Of a stretch of 64,000 bases of DNA, positions 15,322-29,870 are shown piece by piece. Position numbers and translations under genes: made by a program. The DNA lies in assembly GCA_951406725.2 (NCBI GenBank), contig OX597835.1, positions 18,786,001-18,850,000 of the forward strand, in the 5' to 3' direction. The notes beneath the pieces are model-generated. The model was not told the origin of the DNA and did no database searches. It worked only from the letters and a program-made list of their open reading frames with translations. Positions within the stretch are counted from its first letter, which is position 1. Each line of letters begins with the position of its first letter. Origin of the DNA: Octopus vulgaris. Taxonomy: Eukaryota.

Positions 15322-15815
15322 ACATGCATGAATGCAATATGTGATAGCCACGGTTGGAAAGAGCTGCGCAATCGGAGATCATGGGGGACAAAACGAGCGG
15401 CTGAATATATCCGATTTATTGGATTTAGATAGCAATAATTAAGAAGCTGAAACGTAAGGATTTTGGAGGATTCACTTTGAAACGATGAACAAGGGAATTC
15501 TATATAGCATTTGCAAAAGCCATTGTCTTTCATTTATAAAGTAACTCGGAATTCCTTCGCATAACTGGGTTATCTACTTAAATATATTTATGAACTAATA
15601 TCGTCCCGTTCCTCGCGATAAAACGGAATATAGTTCCAAGAGGAGAAACAGTAAATCAGAAATCATTTGAAAGCTCGATATTTCAAATATCTTTCGGTCT
15701 ACATGTTCGTAAACATACGCAAGAAGACATGCAGTATAAACACACATTTACACACATATATATATATTATATATATACAAACACACATACACACATACAT
15801 ACACACGCACGTATG

Positions 15816-15883
<68 letters not shown>

Positions 15884-16254
15884 TTGTATTCAAGCATACA
15901 TAAATTTTTATATGTATATAGGTTTATATGTAAATGAATGCATGCTTTGTATTTCCTTGGCAATAAATAATACAAATACGTTTTATGGTGTCTAATATAT
16001 TATATTGAGAAGATATGGAAAAATAAAGAAAGCAGAAAATAATTCCCAATATAAGGTTCTATTTTCATGAAGTTGCTGCATAACAATATATAAATATGAA
16101 TATATATATATATATATATATATGCTTATGTCTGCACGCGTCCCTGCAAATCTTTGGAGAGGTTTACTACATTTCTCTGTATGAAATTTATATACACTTT
16201 TATGTGAGTATATACATACATACTCTCACACACAAACACATACACAGACACACA

Positions 16255-16645
16255 CATATATATACATACATATATACGTATATTTATATATATGTGTATA
16301 GATGTATATACACACACACATATATATATACATACATTTATACGTATATTTATATATATGTGTATAGATGTATACACACACATATATATACATACATTTA
16401 TACGTATATTTATATATGTGTGTATAGATGTATACACACACATATATATACATACATTTATACGTATATTTATATATATATATGTGTGTATAGATGTATA
16501 CACACACATATATATACATACATTTATACGTATATTTATATATATGTGTATAGATGTATACACACACACACATATATATATACATACATATATACGTATA
16601 TTTATATATATATGTGTATAGATGTATACACACACACACATATAT
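16255..16645. repeat. ~60-bp minisatellite (about 6 copies) built from TA/CA microsatellites
   Basis: Repeated tatatacatacatttatacgtatatttatatatatgtgtatagatgtatacacacaca. Confidence 0.85.
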
Positions 16646-17188
16646 ATATATATGTATATATGTATGCATATATATACTCACACACAAAATGTATGTACTT
16701 GTTATAGAGGAAAAGACCCATCCAAAGTTTTGATTTTGATTTATATGCAGAAGTTGATTGCTAGGAGCTAAAATTATGTATTATTTCAATGTTCCATGGC
16801 TTGATTGGAAGAGAAGTAAAACAATGTAAGTATATATGTATAAAGTTATACGTAATAATGAAGGGTGAAATTAATTAATTTGGAATAATTATCAATTACA
16901 CCAAGTAGTCTTCGGCATGTAAAAGCCTCATTCGAGGAAAATTTAAGTAATACTAAGCAATACTAGTAATACTAGTAATACTAGTATTACTTAGTATTGC
17001 TTAGTATTGCTTAGTATTGCTTATTGCTTAAACCCTTTATTGCTAAACCCTTCGTTGCTAAACCCTTTATTGCTTAGTATATATGTATATATGTATATAT
17101 ATAAGTATATTTATATCTATCTATGTATGTATGTAATTATCAATCTATCTATCTATCTCTCTATGTATCCATCTATCTATATATCTAT

Positions 17189-17275
<87 letters not shown>

Positions 17276-17984
17276 TATATATATACAACAAGAGATACAG
17301 CACGAAGCTTCGTCAGTGAACAGGTCGCCGTCTTAAAGCGACGAAAATATTTTGCAAATTAAATGTAAATGTTGAAGTGAATCTAACGGTTTTGTGTGTT
17401 TCTTAAATGGCTTATAAACACCTTCCACGCTGCAATTGTTTTTACTCTAGCACAGATCAAGCTCAGATCAAGTCACTCGCTATGCAAGTACATCTCTTTC
17501 TCTCTATATATATTCATGCGTGTATGTGTATGTGTATATGCATGCACGCACACGTGTGTAAATATGTTTGTATGTGTGTATATGAGTGAGTGTGGATACA
17601 CATGGATACTGAAGTTGTTTATATATATTAAGTTTACAATTTGAAAGAAAAATGAGTTACAAAAACACCTTAACAGATTTTACAGGAAAACGTAAGCACA
17701 TAGAAAATATTTTATAAGAAACATGTAAAGTCCTCGATCTTGGCGACGTTTGCTGATCACAACGCATGTATACGATGATAAATTGATGTTTGAAAATATT
17801 ATTTATGGACACACTGTCTACAATATATATTTCCAAGTACGTATGTACGTATAATATGTATATACACATGTGTATATACACGTATAATTCAATCCTACGC
17901 GTAGTGTATGTATATACCTATATATGCGTGTTATATATACTAACATATGCGTAATGCACACTTACATACATGCATACATGTGGG

Positions 17985-18015
<31 letters not shown>

Positions 18016-18205
18016 TGTGTATTTTGTTGGAAGTGCTGTACAGATTTTAGTATATATCTTAAGAGGAAGGAGGTAGTCAGAATTTCGGTTAGTTATCTGT
18101 TTCGCGATTTCATCTTGTTTCGAAGAATCTTCAGAAATGATCTATGTACAGAAAATTTATGGCATACATATATATATATAGATGCATATATATATATATA
18201 CATAC

Positions 18206-18239
<34 letters not shown>

Positions 18240-18250
18240 GTATATATGTG

Positions 18251-18296
<46 letters not shown>

Positions 18297-18382
18297 TAAT
18301 CCACACAAGAAAGCACAAAAAAAACACTAGCGCGAGGATGTAGAACAAATATAGTATTATTGGACGCTCAGGAAAGAAGGAA

Positions 18383-18424
<42 letters not shown>

Positions 18425-18543
18425 ACGAGATGGATGCTTCATTTTTATGCTGTTGCCGCATTATGTCGTACGCGAATGAGAGGATTTACATCCCCAACGT
18501 AGAATTTTTAATGTAATGCATGTCCTTCAGGTAGTAGTTGTGC

Positions 18544-18621
18544 GCGGCTGAAGAAGGCCATAGACACCCATTATGCATTGTTATAAATCCGTCTAATAAA
18601 GGCCCGAAACATATGCACCGC
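18544..18621 (+). ncRNA. Hammerhead motif (U16.1 to C, probably inactive) in a ~235-bp element between (TA)n tracts
   Basis: gcgg CUGAAGA a ggcc auagac...gucua auaa a ggcc c GAAA cauaug CA ccgc; stem I GCGG/CCGC, palindromic stem III CAUAUG. Confidence 0.65.
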
Positions 18622-19241
18622 TAAATCCTTGGCATCATGTTTTTATTTTGATTAATTTATATATATATATATATATATATACATATACATATGCATATAT
18701 GGGTATATATATATATATATGTATGTATATATAAATAGGTATTTGTACATGTTTTTAGGTGTGTGAGTGAGTATGTGGTTGCATATATGTCCCTTACCAT
18801 CCCTGTTGTATTCATGTGAAACATTGGACTTGTTATGAATGACATTTTAAATTGTTAGATCAATTACACCAAAAATGCCTTCATTGCATATTAAAATTTA
18901 AATGGAGTTCTTTTACTCCAAATACAGATATCCTTGCATCTGCGGGCATCACCTCAATTAAATCTCTATCATTATGTCTAATTTAAACAGTAATTTTGTT
19001 TTTATATTTAACAGTCACTAAAAAAATATGCCTCCTCTTTCTATAGGCTACTTCTGACATTTTATCATTTAACATTTTCGAACAATATTAATAGCGTTCA
19101 GTAATTCACTATACATATCCATCATTTTCTGTTAAAATGTGTTATTGACGAGTTTCACTATTCCTTTGGAATTATATCAATGAAATCTTCGAAACATGTG
19201 TCGGAAGTAAAAGTATTTGAATTATACCTGCGCTAAACTCC

Positions 19242-19296
<55 letters not shown>

Positions 19297-20373
19297 GCTA
19301 ATACTAGCATCAATATAGATGAATATACACTTCCTTCACTTTTCCAGGAAGTATGATGAAAAAATGTATTGCGAATAAGGGTTATTCAATTAAATCTTTA
19401 AGAGATTGGCGACAATAAGAAGCTGCAAAAATGACGGTAATGCTCCGTTTGGCTGGCCAAGCAGTTGCAGAATGTTTTCAGCATTTTATCTATGTAATTT
19501 TGTGTCTAAATACACGTTCAACGTTGCGTGTAGAATGGAGATAGTATTTTAGTATAATTGTGTGGGTGTGTGTGTGTGTGTTCTGTCTGTATGCTTGTCT
19601 CTGCGTATAGATGCAGAGCGTATGTATGAATTATTTTATTGTCAAATTCTGTGCAGCGTCGAATATATCATTTGCTTTAAAGTCTTCCATATATGTACGC
19701 ATTGGCGAACTGGCCAGTTTGCCAACTTGCCCGATGGCAAGTGAGCCCCTGAGACATTAGAATCCATATATGGGGACCCATATTAGTATCTAAGGGGCTC
19801 ATTCCCTCAAGTTTGAGAATTTTTTGACTCTAGGAAGAATGCATTAATTATTTCAGCCTGGCTGTGTTTATAGACAATTGAAAAGAATGCTTTAAAAAAT
19901 AAGATATATATTTTAAAGCATTTAAGTTGTGGATGGGTCCTCTTGCAGTTGTGGGTGGACCCCTTTAAGTCTCCTGGCAAGCAATAATTCTAGACCCAGA
20001 CCCAGTCTGGCACTGTCTGGATTACGTTAACGTTCCTTTTAGTCTTTCAACGTTCTTAAATAAAAGGGCCGATGAAATATTTGGATGCGTATTTCTCCCA
20101 AAACCCAACCCGCTATATCATTTTGTTCTGTGTCTTTTTCTTTCTACATATCTAGCGATATTGAAATGGTAAACGATCGTGGAAAGGTAATCACTGAGCA
20201 CAAATATAAAATAAAAATATACGATTCCTTACTAAATCGCCTTCATTTTCGCTAAAGACCATTGAAAGGTGAAAACCTACCAGTTGTTGATGGTTGCATA
20301 GTATTGTAATCATGATGATAAATATAGAAATGGATACAATGATGGTGAGAAAGAAACGAGGTGGGGTTCTTAG

Positions 20374-20463
20374 GAAGAAGAAGAAGAAAGAGAAGAAGAA
20401 GAAGAAGAAGAAGAAGAAGAAGAAGAAGAAGAAGAAGAAGAAGAAGAAGAAGAAGAAGAAGAA

Positions 20464-20515
<52 letters not shown>

Positions 20516-20520
20516 ATGAT
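20374..20520. repeat. Compound (AAG)n(ATG)n microsatellite
   Basis: Directly visible. Confidence 0.95.
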
Positions 20521-20777
20521 AATGGGGACAACGCCGACCTGGTGATGAAGCCGATGATGTTGACTAAGATGATGAGGCTGAAGTGTTTCCAGAATCATAT
20601 TAACAACTGTTTGCAATCGATATGTTCCAAGCACACGCACACACAAACACAGACATACACACACACGCACACACGCACACAAACACACACACACACATAC
20701 ACACACACAGCGGATCGCGAAGCTACCAGAAATATCAATAACAACAATCACAACGACAACGCTAGCAAGTGATAACT

Positions 20778-20808
<31 letters not shown>

Positions 20809-21652
20809 AAACGACAACAGCAGCAACAACAATAATGTCCACAAGAACAACAACACAAACAACTAGAGCAGTAACAAGTAGAAGAGAAACAAAAACATCA
20901 TTAGCTACAAGAGTAGCAATTCGGTTTCCAAGTGTATACCTGGTGCAGTCGTTTATTAATTAGGATATAGTTACTCTAATTAACATTAGCTAAAACATGA
21001 TTAATGGATTCACTGGTGGCTGTTGTATGACGAATTCGTTGTTAAGCAATTGTTTTGAATCATTTCCAAGTTTAATTGTACAGCTTCCGTCGTAAGAACA
21101 CGAACGTTGGTAACAGAGGACCAAGATGTTTCAATAAATAACCACATCTTGCAATGTCAGTGTCTAACGGTTTATGCACAGTATGCAATCATAGTTTCAG
21201 TAAGCTAGATATATACCAGGTAATAAAATATATTTAGGACAGACGTTATTGTAGAATTTAATACGATACTATCTAAATGTTATCCAATAGTTGTAGGTTA
21301 CGATGTGGTATTGCTATTCGAGCACGAAGAAATAGCAGAAGATACGAGTTCGTTATCGCATGTTGCATTCATTTGCAGTTCTCGAGGATAGAAGACGATA
21401 TATATATATATATACACCGTCAACGGTTGTTTACCTTGCGATGTTGCACCTTATTTCGAGTGGACCCCATACAACGATATTGCAAACGATAACGGCTATG
21501 ATGATGATGATGATGATGATGATGATAATTGTTATTATGATGATGTTGTTGTTGTTGTTGTTGATGATGATGATGAAGACAATTAGGATAATTTCGATGA
21601 TAGTCGAATTGTCGATAATCGATGTTCACAATAGGAGACTAGGGTATATATA

Positions 21653-21997
21653 TGGAAGCACTCCGTCAGTTACGACGATGAGGGTTCCGGTTGATCCGAA
21701 TCAACGGAACAGCCTGCTCGGGAAATTAACGTGTAAGTGGCTGAGCACTCCACAGACACGTGTACCCTTAACGTAGTTCTCGGGGATATTCAGTGTGTCA
21801 ACAGAAACAGGAAGTAAGAGTGAGAGAAAGTTGTGGTGAAAGAGTACAGCAGGGATCGCCACCATCCCCTGCCGGAGCCCCTGGAGTTTTAGGTGTTTTC
21901 TCTCAATAAGCCCTCACAACGCCCAGTCTGGGAATCGAAACCGCGATCCTATGACCGCGAGTCCGCTGCCCTAACCACTGGGCCATTGCGCCTCCAC
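21653..21997 (-). mobile_element. SINE family A (tail 1)
   Basis: Full head; TSD agggtatatata. Confidence 0.9.
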
Positions 21998-22209
21998 CAG
22001 GGTATATATAACGGAGAGTAAACTATAAGCAATGGAGGTTCATTTTTTTGCGTTTGTAAACTAACTGTGTATGTGTGTGGAAAGTAGCTTGCTTCCCAAC
22101 CACATGGTTCAGAATCTGCGGGTGGCACCTTGGGAAAAATTAGTTCTTCTATAGTCTCAGGCTGAGAAATCATTGTGAGTGCATATGTTAGACGGAAACT
22201 GGAGAACGC

Positions 22210-22247
<38 letters not shown>

Positions 22248-22409
22248 CTTTGAAAGTTTGGTAAATATTCTGTCGGTTTCTTTCGCTGAACAATTCACTA
22301 CGTGGACGTAGACATTGAAACATTGGTTGCCAAGTGTTGCAGGTAACGAACATAAACACAAACACAAATGCGCAGACATACACCCCAAAACACTCCATCC
22401 ACATATATA

Positions 22410-22822
22410 TACTCTTTTACTCTTTTATTCTTTTACTTGTTTCAGTCATTTGACTGCGGCCATGCTGGAGCACCGCCTTTAGTCGAGCAACCCGACCCCG
22501 GGACTTATTCTTTGTAAGCCCAGTACTTATTCTATCGGTCTCTTTTGCCGAACCGCTAAGTGACGGGGACGTAGACACATCAGCATCGGTTGTCTAGCAA
22601 TGCTAGGGGGACAAACACAAACTCACAAACACACACACACACACACATACATATATATATACATATATACGACAGGCTTCTTTCAGATTCCGTCTACCAA
22701 ATCCACTCACAAGGCATTGGTCAGCCCGGGGCTATAGCAGAAGACACTTGCCCAAGGTGCCACGCAGTGGGACTGAACCCAGAACCATATGGTTGGTTAG
22801 CAAGCTACTTACCACACAGCCA
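22410..22822 (-). mobile_element. SINE family C
   Basis: Reverse complement of family C. Confidence 0.9.
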
Positions 22823-23864
22823 CATCTTTTGGTACGTATACACACAAACATACACACACACACACGCACAGAGACATATATTCATAAAACTCTGTTTGTG
22901 TTTTTGTCGTGTGTGTGTGTGTGTGTGTTTGTGTACTTTTCTGTGTGTGAGAATGAGGGACTCTGTCTGTGTGTGTGTGCAAGTAATGGGCCTCCACCCA
23001 GGTTCGCTGTACGAAATTCATTCATAATGCAGAGAAAAAATAACTCTGACCCCGAAGTGTAGCTAGATGGGATTGAATTCAAAACCACACGGTTGAAAAG
23101 AGATCTTCTGAATCACACAGACATAACTGCCATTCCTTTGGTGGATACGTTTTAGTTCTACGCAGGAGTATTGCTATGTTTCTCTAAATAATAGTTGACT
23201 CCAACTAGTTGCAGTAGCAAAACTGCAAGATCATAAGACAATTAAACCTGATAAAGATTAGGGCATTCTCCATAAGTAACCTTTATACATTATCTTTTAC
23301 AAGCAAACGACTCTAAGCAAACCATCGTAATTTCAAATCTTTGTAGCTATATACAGATATATTATATCAATTTTTAAAGTCTTTTATTTTTTTGTCTGTT
23401 TTGAATAGCTTTAAATAGACTTAAATCTCAAAATACCGTTGTTGATAAGGAAAGTTTGCAATCCAAACCATTATACTGAGAAGTAATCACATTCTAGTGT
23501 TGGCCATTTATTTAACACCTGTACCATATCTATCTCTGCTAGATGACGCAAAATAGTTTATCCGAGATTGTGTTGTATGAGTAAAATAAAAGATTTGATA
23601 CAAATATACGCACACGAACAAAAAAAAATAAAGAATAATAATGACGAAAATATTGTTACGAATCAAATAATATCTGTGTGTGATTAATAAATAGCGGTTG
23701 GGGTAGGTTCGGAGTGGAGGGCTCTAGTAGAAAAGAAAAGCTACAAAACCTGTTTTAACACAACACAAGAAATCCCTTGCTAAATATATTCAATCATGAT
23801 ATATCGTTTGATATTGTTTGGACGTATACATACATACACACATACATATATACACACATACATA

Positions 23865-23924
<60 letters not shown>

Positions 23925-24546
23925 GTATATATATATATACATATATATATACATACATATGAAAATATACATATACATATATGTATAATTAAATGTATAT
24001 ATATACATACATATATATATACACATATGTGTGCGCATATTTCTAGGTGTACATGCGTGTGCGTAGTCATGTATGTATGCGTATGCATGAGTATAAAAAT
24101 ATAATATATATATATCTATATATATATATATATATACGCATGTGTATAAATATACAAATAAACATACAGATACGTAATACCTATTTATATAAAGTTATAT
24201 ACATACATATATACATACATATATACATACATACATATATATGTATATATATATATGTATATCTATATATATATATATATACACATACACAAGCACACTT
24301 ACATGAATAAATTATGACAAGAAAACCACAACAGAAATACGAACAGTGCAAAGAATGCGAACAAATAACACAAATAAGATATTTCTCAATAGGAATATGA
24401 TTATTTATTTGCTTTCTCTGATATCTTTATGTTATTATATTTCATTTATATATTTATCATCCTGACAGATGGAGTATGCTATTTTTTATTTCTAATATAA
24501 AGTATCACGTTCACCGCATGGGAGTACATAAGTATTTTGTAGCCAA

Positions 24547-24624
24547 GATAATAATAATAATAATAATGATAATAATAATAATAATAAAAATAATAATGAT
24601 AATAATGATGATGATGATGATGAC

Positions 24625-24686
<62 letters not shown>

Positions 24687-24745
24687 TGATGATGATGATA
24701 ATATTAATAATAATAATAATAATGATGATGATGATGATGATGATG

Positions 24746-24777
<32 letters not shown>

Positions 24778-24787
24778 AAATAAATAA

Positions 24788-24861
<74 letters not shown>

Positions 24862-25020
24862 CAACAGCAATGAAAATAATAATGAAAATAAAAATAATAA
24901 TGATAATAACAATAATAATAATAATAATAATAAGAAGAAGAATGATAATAATAATAATAATAACAATAGCAATAAAAATTATTATTATTAGTGGTAGTAG
25001 TAGTAGTTGTAGTAGTAGTA
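24547..25020. repeat. Large (AAT)n/(ATG)n microsatellite block
   Basis: Directly visible. Confidence 0.95.
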
Positions 25021-25585
25021 TTAATATAATAAAACACTTTTGTAAAAGTATTTGATATTTTAGTGTACGTAAATCTCCAAGTGACGAAAAAGAACAACGA
25101 ATGAAAGTTATCAATATTTGAAATATATATTTTATATTTTATATTTATTATAATGTCAATTGTTATTACTTTTGTTATCATTTGCTCGGGATTTTATCCT
25201 TGAAATGACAGTGCACTTAGTTATTGTTGAGTTTCAAATAAATATAGTCCGCGAATATTATTGTATCGGTTCGATGTATTTGCAAGACATTGCATAATGA
25301 TCTCATTCGTCAATTCTATTAATTTAATGTTTAATGTTTACGTTGGAGTTTATGGCTGATTTATTGTGTTCTCCTGCCGCCCTTTGAAAGATCGTGATAG
25401 ACATAAACGCGGGATTCGTTGCGTGGTAAGAATTTTAATTCTCGATCGCATTCCTCTGGGTTCAAGTTCACTACGCCATTCCGCGTGTCTTGTATTGTAG
25501 CTCCGGACCCACCAAATCCTTGTTAGTGGATTTTGTGGGCAGAAATTGAAAGAAAACCGATCTACATAATATGTATGTAAGTATA

Positions 25586-25898
25586 TCACCGTGATCACCG
25601 TGACCGACCAGGCTATCAGATGTCGTTACACATCGCTGGTCACAATGCGCCTCCCATTGTTTTAGCCTTCAAATGACGTCACCCCGCTAGCTAAGCGAGC
25701 AGGCCAACAGTAGAAAGAGTGAGAGAAAGTTGTGGCGAAAGAGTACAGCAGGGATCGCCACCACCAACCTGCCGGAGACTCGTGGAGCTTTAGGTGTTTT
25801 CGCTCAATAAACACTCACAACGCCCGGTCTGGGAATCGAAACCGCGATCCTACGACCGCGAGTCCGCTGCCCTAACCACTAGGCCATTGCGCCTCCAC
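25586..25898 (-). mobile_element. SINE family A head with alternative tail 3
   Basis: Tail ...tgtgaccagcgatgtg...gcctggtcggtcacggtgatcacggtgat; TSD atgtaagtatat. Confidence 0.85.
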
Positions 25899-25919
25899 AT
25901 GTAAGTATATAAGTATGTA

Positions 25920-26075
25920 TATTGGGTCATCCCATAAATAATGCGGTTTTTCCATACTTCTTTTATTGTTTCAATATTAAGATACAGTTCTTTTTTTAAT
26001 CTAAAATATACTTTCTTTCATTTTCTACAATGCTCTTCCACCCATCTGGTTGACATGCAAGCCCCTTCTTCCAAA
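25920..26075 (-). mobile_element. mariner 3' end relic
   Basis: TIR-like tattgggtcatcccataaataatgcgg; minus strand GLACQPDGWKSIVENERKYILD. Confidence 0.65.
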
Positions 26076-26524
26076 ATGCACTTCTCCATGACGAAAATTA
26101 CTCCACCCCAACCTTATTTTTAATAAATATATATCAATTCGAATTACTTTAATCTCATTAGGATCTAATACATACTACAGCTACTATAATTTTTCCTGTT
26201 AAAATTTCAGGAGTGTCGTCCCTGAATGATTTGATTGCAATCAATCATTAAGCTAATGAGGTTTTCACTCTTATTAGATTTCTTGGTCACTTAATTTATC
26301 TATGTTAACTAAAAATTTCAATACGTACTGCATCCAGTCGATGTACCATTTACCCATGGAGATCATATTAGAAAATGTATTTAAAATTATTTCTCCATGA
26401 CGAATATAATTAATGGAATTATCTTGAATCTTACTCACAATTTAATACGTTGACTTTCCCGCCCACACACTTACACACGCAAACACATACATTTATATGC
26501 TTTTATTTGAATATGTATGTATAT

Positions 26525-26759
26525 GTGGAGGCGCAATGGCCCAGTGGTTAGGCAGCGGACTCGTGGTCGGAGGATCGCGGTTTCGATTCTCAGACCAGGC
26601 CTTGTGAGTGTTTATTGAGCGAAAACACCTAAAGCTCCACGAGGCTCGCTTAGCCAGCGGGGTGGCGTCATTTGAAGGCTAAAACAATGCGAAGCGCATT
26701 GTGACCAGCGATGTGTTGAAATATCTGATAGCCTGGTCGGTCACGGTGATCACGGTGAT
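26525..26759 (+). mobile_element. SINE family A tail 3 (internally deleted)
   Basis: Same head and tail as 25586-25898; TSD atgtatgtatat. Confidence 0.85.
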
Positions 26760-27109
26760 GTATGTATATATATATGTTGGTGGTGGTGATGATGATGTTG
26801 ATTACGGTGATGATGATGATGATGACGATGACGATGATGATCATGACGATGATGGTGATGATGACGATAGCGACAGATGAAGATATGGTGTCCATTGTGG
26901 GTCACCATAATGATATTAACAACATCATGATGAATAAGAAGAAAAAGAAGAAAGATGATAGTGATGATGAGGAGGAATTATTATTATTTCTTTTGCTGTT
27001 GCTATTGTTGTTCACATCGGACATGTTTGCAAACATTTCCAAATAAGTTGGTTTTTAAAATATTTGTTTACACTTGTTTGGTGTCGCTGCTTCGTTGTAC
27101 ATTTGATCC

Positions 27110-27492
27110 GTGGAGGCGCAATGGCCCAGTGGTTAGGGCAGCGGACTCGCGGTCATAGGATTGCGGTTTCGATTCCCAGAGCGGGCGTTGTGAGTGTTTA
27201 TTGAGCGAAAACACCTAAAAAAGCTCCACGAGGCTCCGGCAGGGGATGATGGTGATCTCTGCTGTACTCTTTCACCACAACTTTCTCTCACTCTTACTTC
27301 CTGTTTCTGTTGTACCTGTATTTCAAAGGGCCGGCCTTGTCACTCTCTGTGTCACGCTGAATATCCCCGAGAACTATGTTAAGGGTGCACGCGTCTGTGG
27401 AGTGCTCAGCCACTTACACGTTCATTTCACGAGCAGGCTGTTCCGTTGATTCGGATCAACCGGAACCCTCATCGTCGTAACCGACGGAGTGC
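27110..27492 (+). mobile_element. SINE family A (tail 1), full length
   Basis: tRNA(Arg)-like head ggcgcaatggcccagtggttagggcagcggactcgcggtc...ggtttcgattcc. Confidence 0.9.
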
Positions 27493-27959
27493 TTTTTTTT
27501 TTTTAACATTTGATCCACCTTGTTAATAGTAACAGCAGGAACCCGTTACTGGTTTTCCTAAGTTCGTTTCGCCCCGTACAGCCATATTGGGTGGGCGTGT
27601 TATCAATTAAAATTCAACAAATTGGTAGAGCGCATCGTGAGAGACTTAAGAAGAAAAAAAATGCCCCTGCCGCAGTTCTAGTAATTGCTGAAATTTTCCC
27701 TCCTCTTCCCTCCCTCAATGGCAACAATACAGGAGAGGGGGAGGAAAAAAGAGCGGGTGTAGGAGCAAGTAGATATAACAGAAGCAGCATCTACATTGCC
27801 AGCAGCAGTGGTAGCATTGACAGCGACAGCAGCAGCAGTAACCAGCGGTGACGGCTTTGGCAGCCGAGTCCATTCCTATAGACGGGAGGGAAATGCAGTT
27901 TTCCTCTGCCTGTTGGCTAGCTATAGCGATAGTGGTAGTGAAATGGACGAAGACAGAAA

Positions 27960-28055
<96 letters not shown>

Positions 28056-28608
28056 GAGTGAGAGAGCAGTTCATGCCATCAAAGTGACACTGGGGTAAAA
28101 TATACGAAGCCCAATATGCCCATCATAACTACTCGTCTGATAAAGGTACACCAGGCACATGCATCACAACCATATGTGCGCGACATGGTAATCTCATATC
28201 AAAATAAACAGCACATGACCTTGCAGGTGGGGCCCAGTTAGAATTTTCTTCAGGTTGAGTAGCCCATCCTGCTCAAAAGGTCCCTGAATAAGGGTTGCTT
28301 TAGGATGTTGAACGAAACACCTATGTTTCCAGAGGTGAACTATTCAAACTCCAAAGAATCCCTCTCAACACATGGCCATGATGCTCCCCCACTACTTCTG
28401 CTCGTGATCAGAGATGCACGTATTGTCAGCCACTAAGGGACATGCTCAACTGGTTAAGGTCAAACAACTGACAAGCAAATTTGTGGTATTGAGCAGAATA
28501 TTTGCTGTAGCCCATCTTTTATACCAAGACAAAACAATGTACATGATAACACTTCCAATCAGTTAAGATCAGAAGCCATGAGAGCCACTGCCTGGTACTG
28601 CATCAGGG

Positions 28609-28610
<2 letters not shown>
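28056..28610. mobile_element. Unclassified ~555-bp element embedded in (ATT)n
   Basis: Complex sequence with sharp borders against perfect (ATT)n on both sides; no ORF. Confidence 0.55.
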
Positions 28611-28686
<76 letters not shown>

Positions 28687-28689
28687 CAT

Positions 28690-29100
28690 CATTATGACTC
28701 TGCGTACTACATGAGCCTTGAGTTAGCAGGTGTTGTCTTATCTTTGGTAACAACAAGTTTGAAGAATTCTCAAAAACATTTCTTAAGATTCTTAAAGCAT
28801 ACAAGATAGTACGCTTCAGTAATTCAATACATGTCTCTATTCCAATATTCTCTCTCATCGATATTAATGCGTCTGCCTGTTGAGCCAATTACCACCAATT
28901 ACCACAAGAACAACCGTCCCCTTTGGGTTCCAATATATCTCCAATTCTCAGTCTAGCTCCAGATATTTCCAAACTCTTTGAGGTTCCACTGTTTTTGCAC
29001 CCTCTCCAATCGTACATCGGATACTTCATTGGATAGACTTGTCCATCATTGTCAATAAAATTGCCTAATTATTATTCCCAATTACAGCTTCCGTCTCGTG
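28690..29100 (-). mobile_element. R4/Dong LINE 3' end with (AAT)n tail
   Basis: ORF 28559-28888 ENIGIETCIELLKRTILYALRILRNVFEN resembles the R4 C-terminus LQK..LL.TA.ILR.VL; runs into (AAT)n. Confidence 0.6.
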
Positions 29101-29399
29101 TTCAGATTAGTGTTCTTCAACTTCGAGCCTAAACATGCGGGTGTCATTCCAACGCGCTCTTTTACCGATGCAGCTGAGCTTGCCATTCCTTGCTTGTTTG
29201 TAATATTGTCTTGTTACTGTTGCTCTTGTTGCTGTTGTTGTCATAACAGTTGTATCTTTTCATGTTACTGTTATATATCTAGTTCTGCCAAGTCCAAATG
29301 ATATGCATGACACGTTGAGGGAAGATTAAAGGCATTTGTCAAAATATGAATGGTGTTCAAATTCGTGTCATCTTCGTGAATATATAAATATTGATATTG

Positions 29400-29870
29400 A
29401 TCAGAATACGGTTGGTGATCTTTTCCATACTTATTTTCGTGTATCCCAGTGCTTCAATCACATCTGGTATGATTCTGGTTTTCATATCCCACCAACAGTT
29501 GATTAAGATCTATGCATTTTTCGAAGTGTTGTTTCCCTTCAAAGGTGTCGCATGGTGATAAATTTACATTAGCCGGCCGTCACTTCCTTGGTAACGATGT
29601 CATCATTGTGATGTTTCGTTTCTTTAACAGTATAGATACACATTTCCTAGAAGATGGTAATACCTCTGTTGTTAGTGACCATGTTTTTCACAAGTTCATA
29701 CCACTTCGCAGTCGCCCTGAGGTCATATCTCTTTTTGATGATTTTTCACAATTCCACTTCGCTCATACTACACAGTCGAATACATATTTCCCTAGCGGAT
29801 CTTGCATCGACTGCATTGCCCAAACCTTTGAGGGTGTTGTCTTGGTTAATGACACAATCGACACTTAAGA
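29400..29870 (-). mobile_element. Old R4/Dong REL-domain relic
   Basis: Minus strand AKWYELVKNMVTNNRGITIF*EMCIYTVKETKHHNDDIV...MKTRIIPDVIEALG, resembling KWYEH..V.EN...ILWD..I.TD......RPDIV...VPVVIGALG. Confidence 0.6.

Noticed and set aside
16900-16945. Minus-strand gaaugaggc...gccgaag hammerhead-like hairpin
   Set aside because: Both conserved boxes are disrupted.
19141-19210. Hammerhead-like UUGACGA...GAAACAUGUGUC
   Set aside because: Stem II and III are plausible, but the core is mutated and no stem I pairing is present; at most a decayed copy.
19700-20015. Possible hAT-type MITE ending ccagtctggcactg
   Set aside because: The matching left TIR and an 8-bp TSD could not be identified.
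27110-27190. tRNA genes at SINE heads
   Set aside because: No proper acceptor stem; the heads continue into SINE bodies, many with TSDs.
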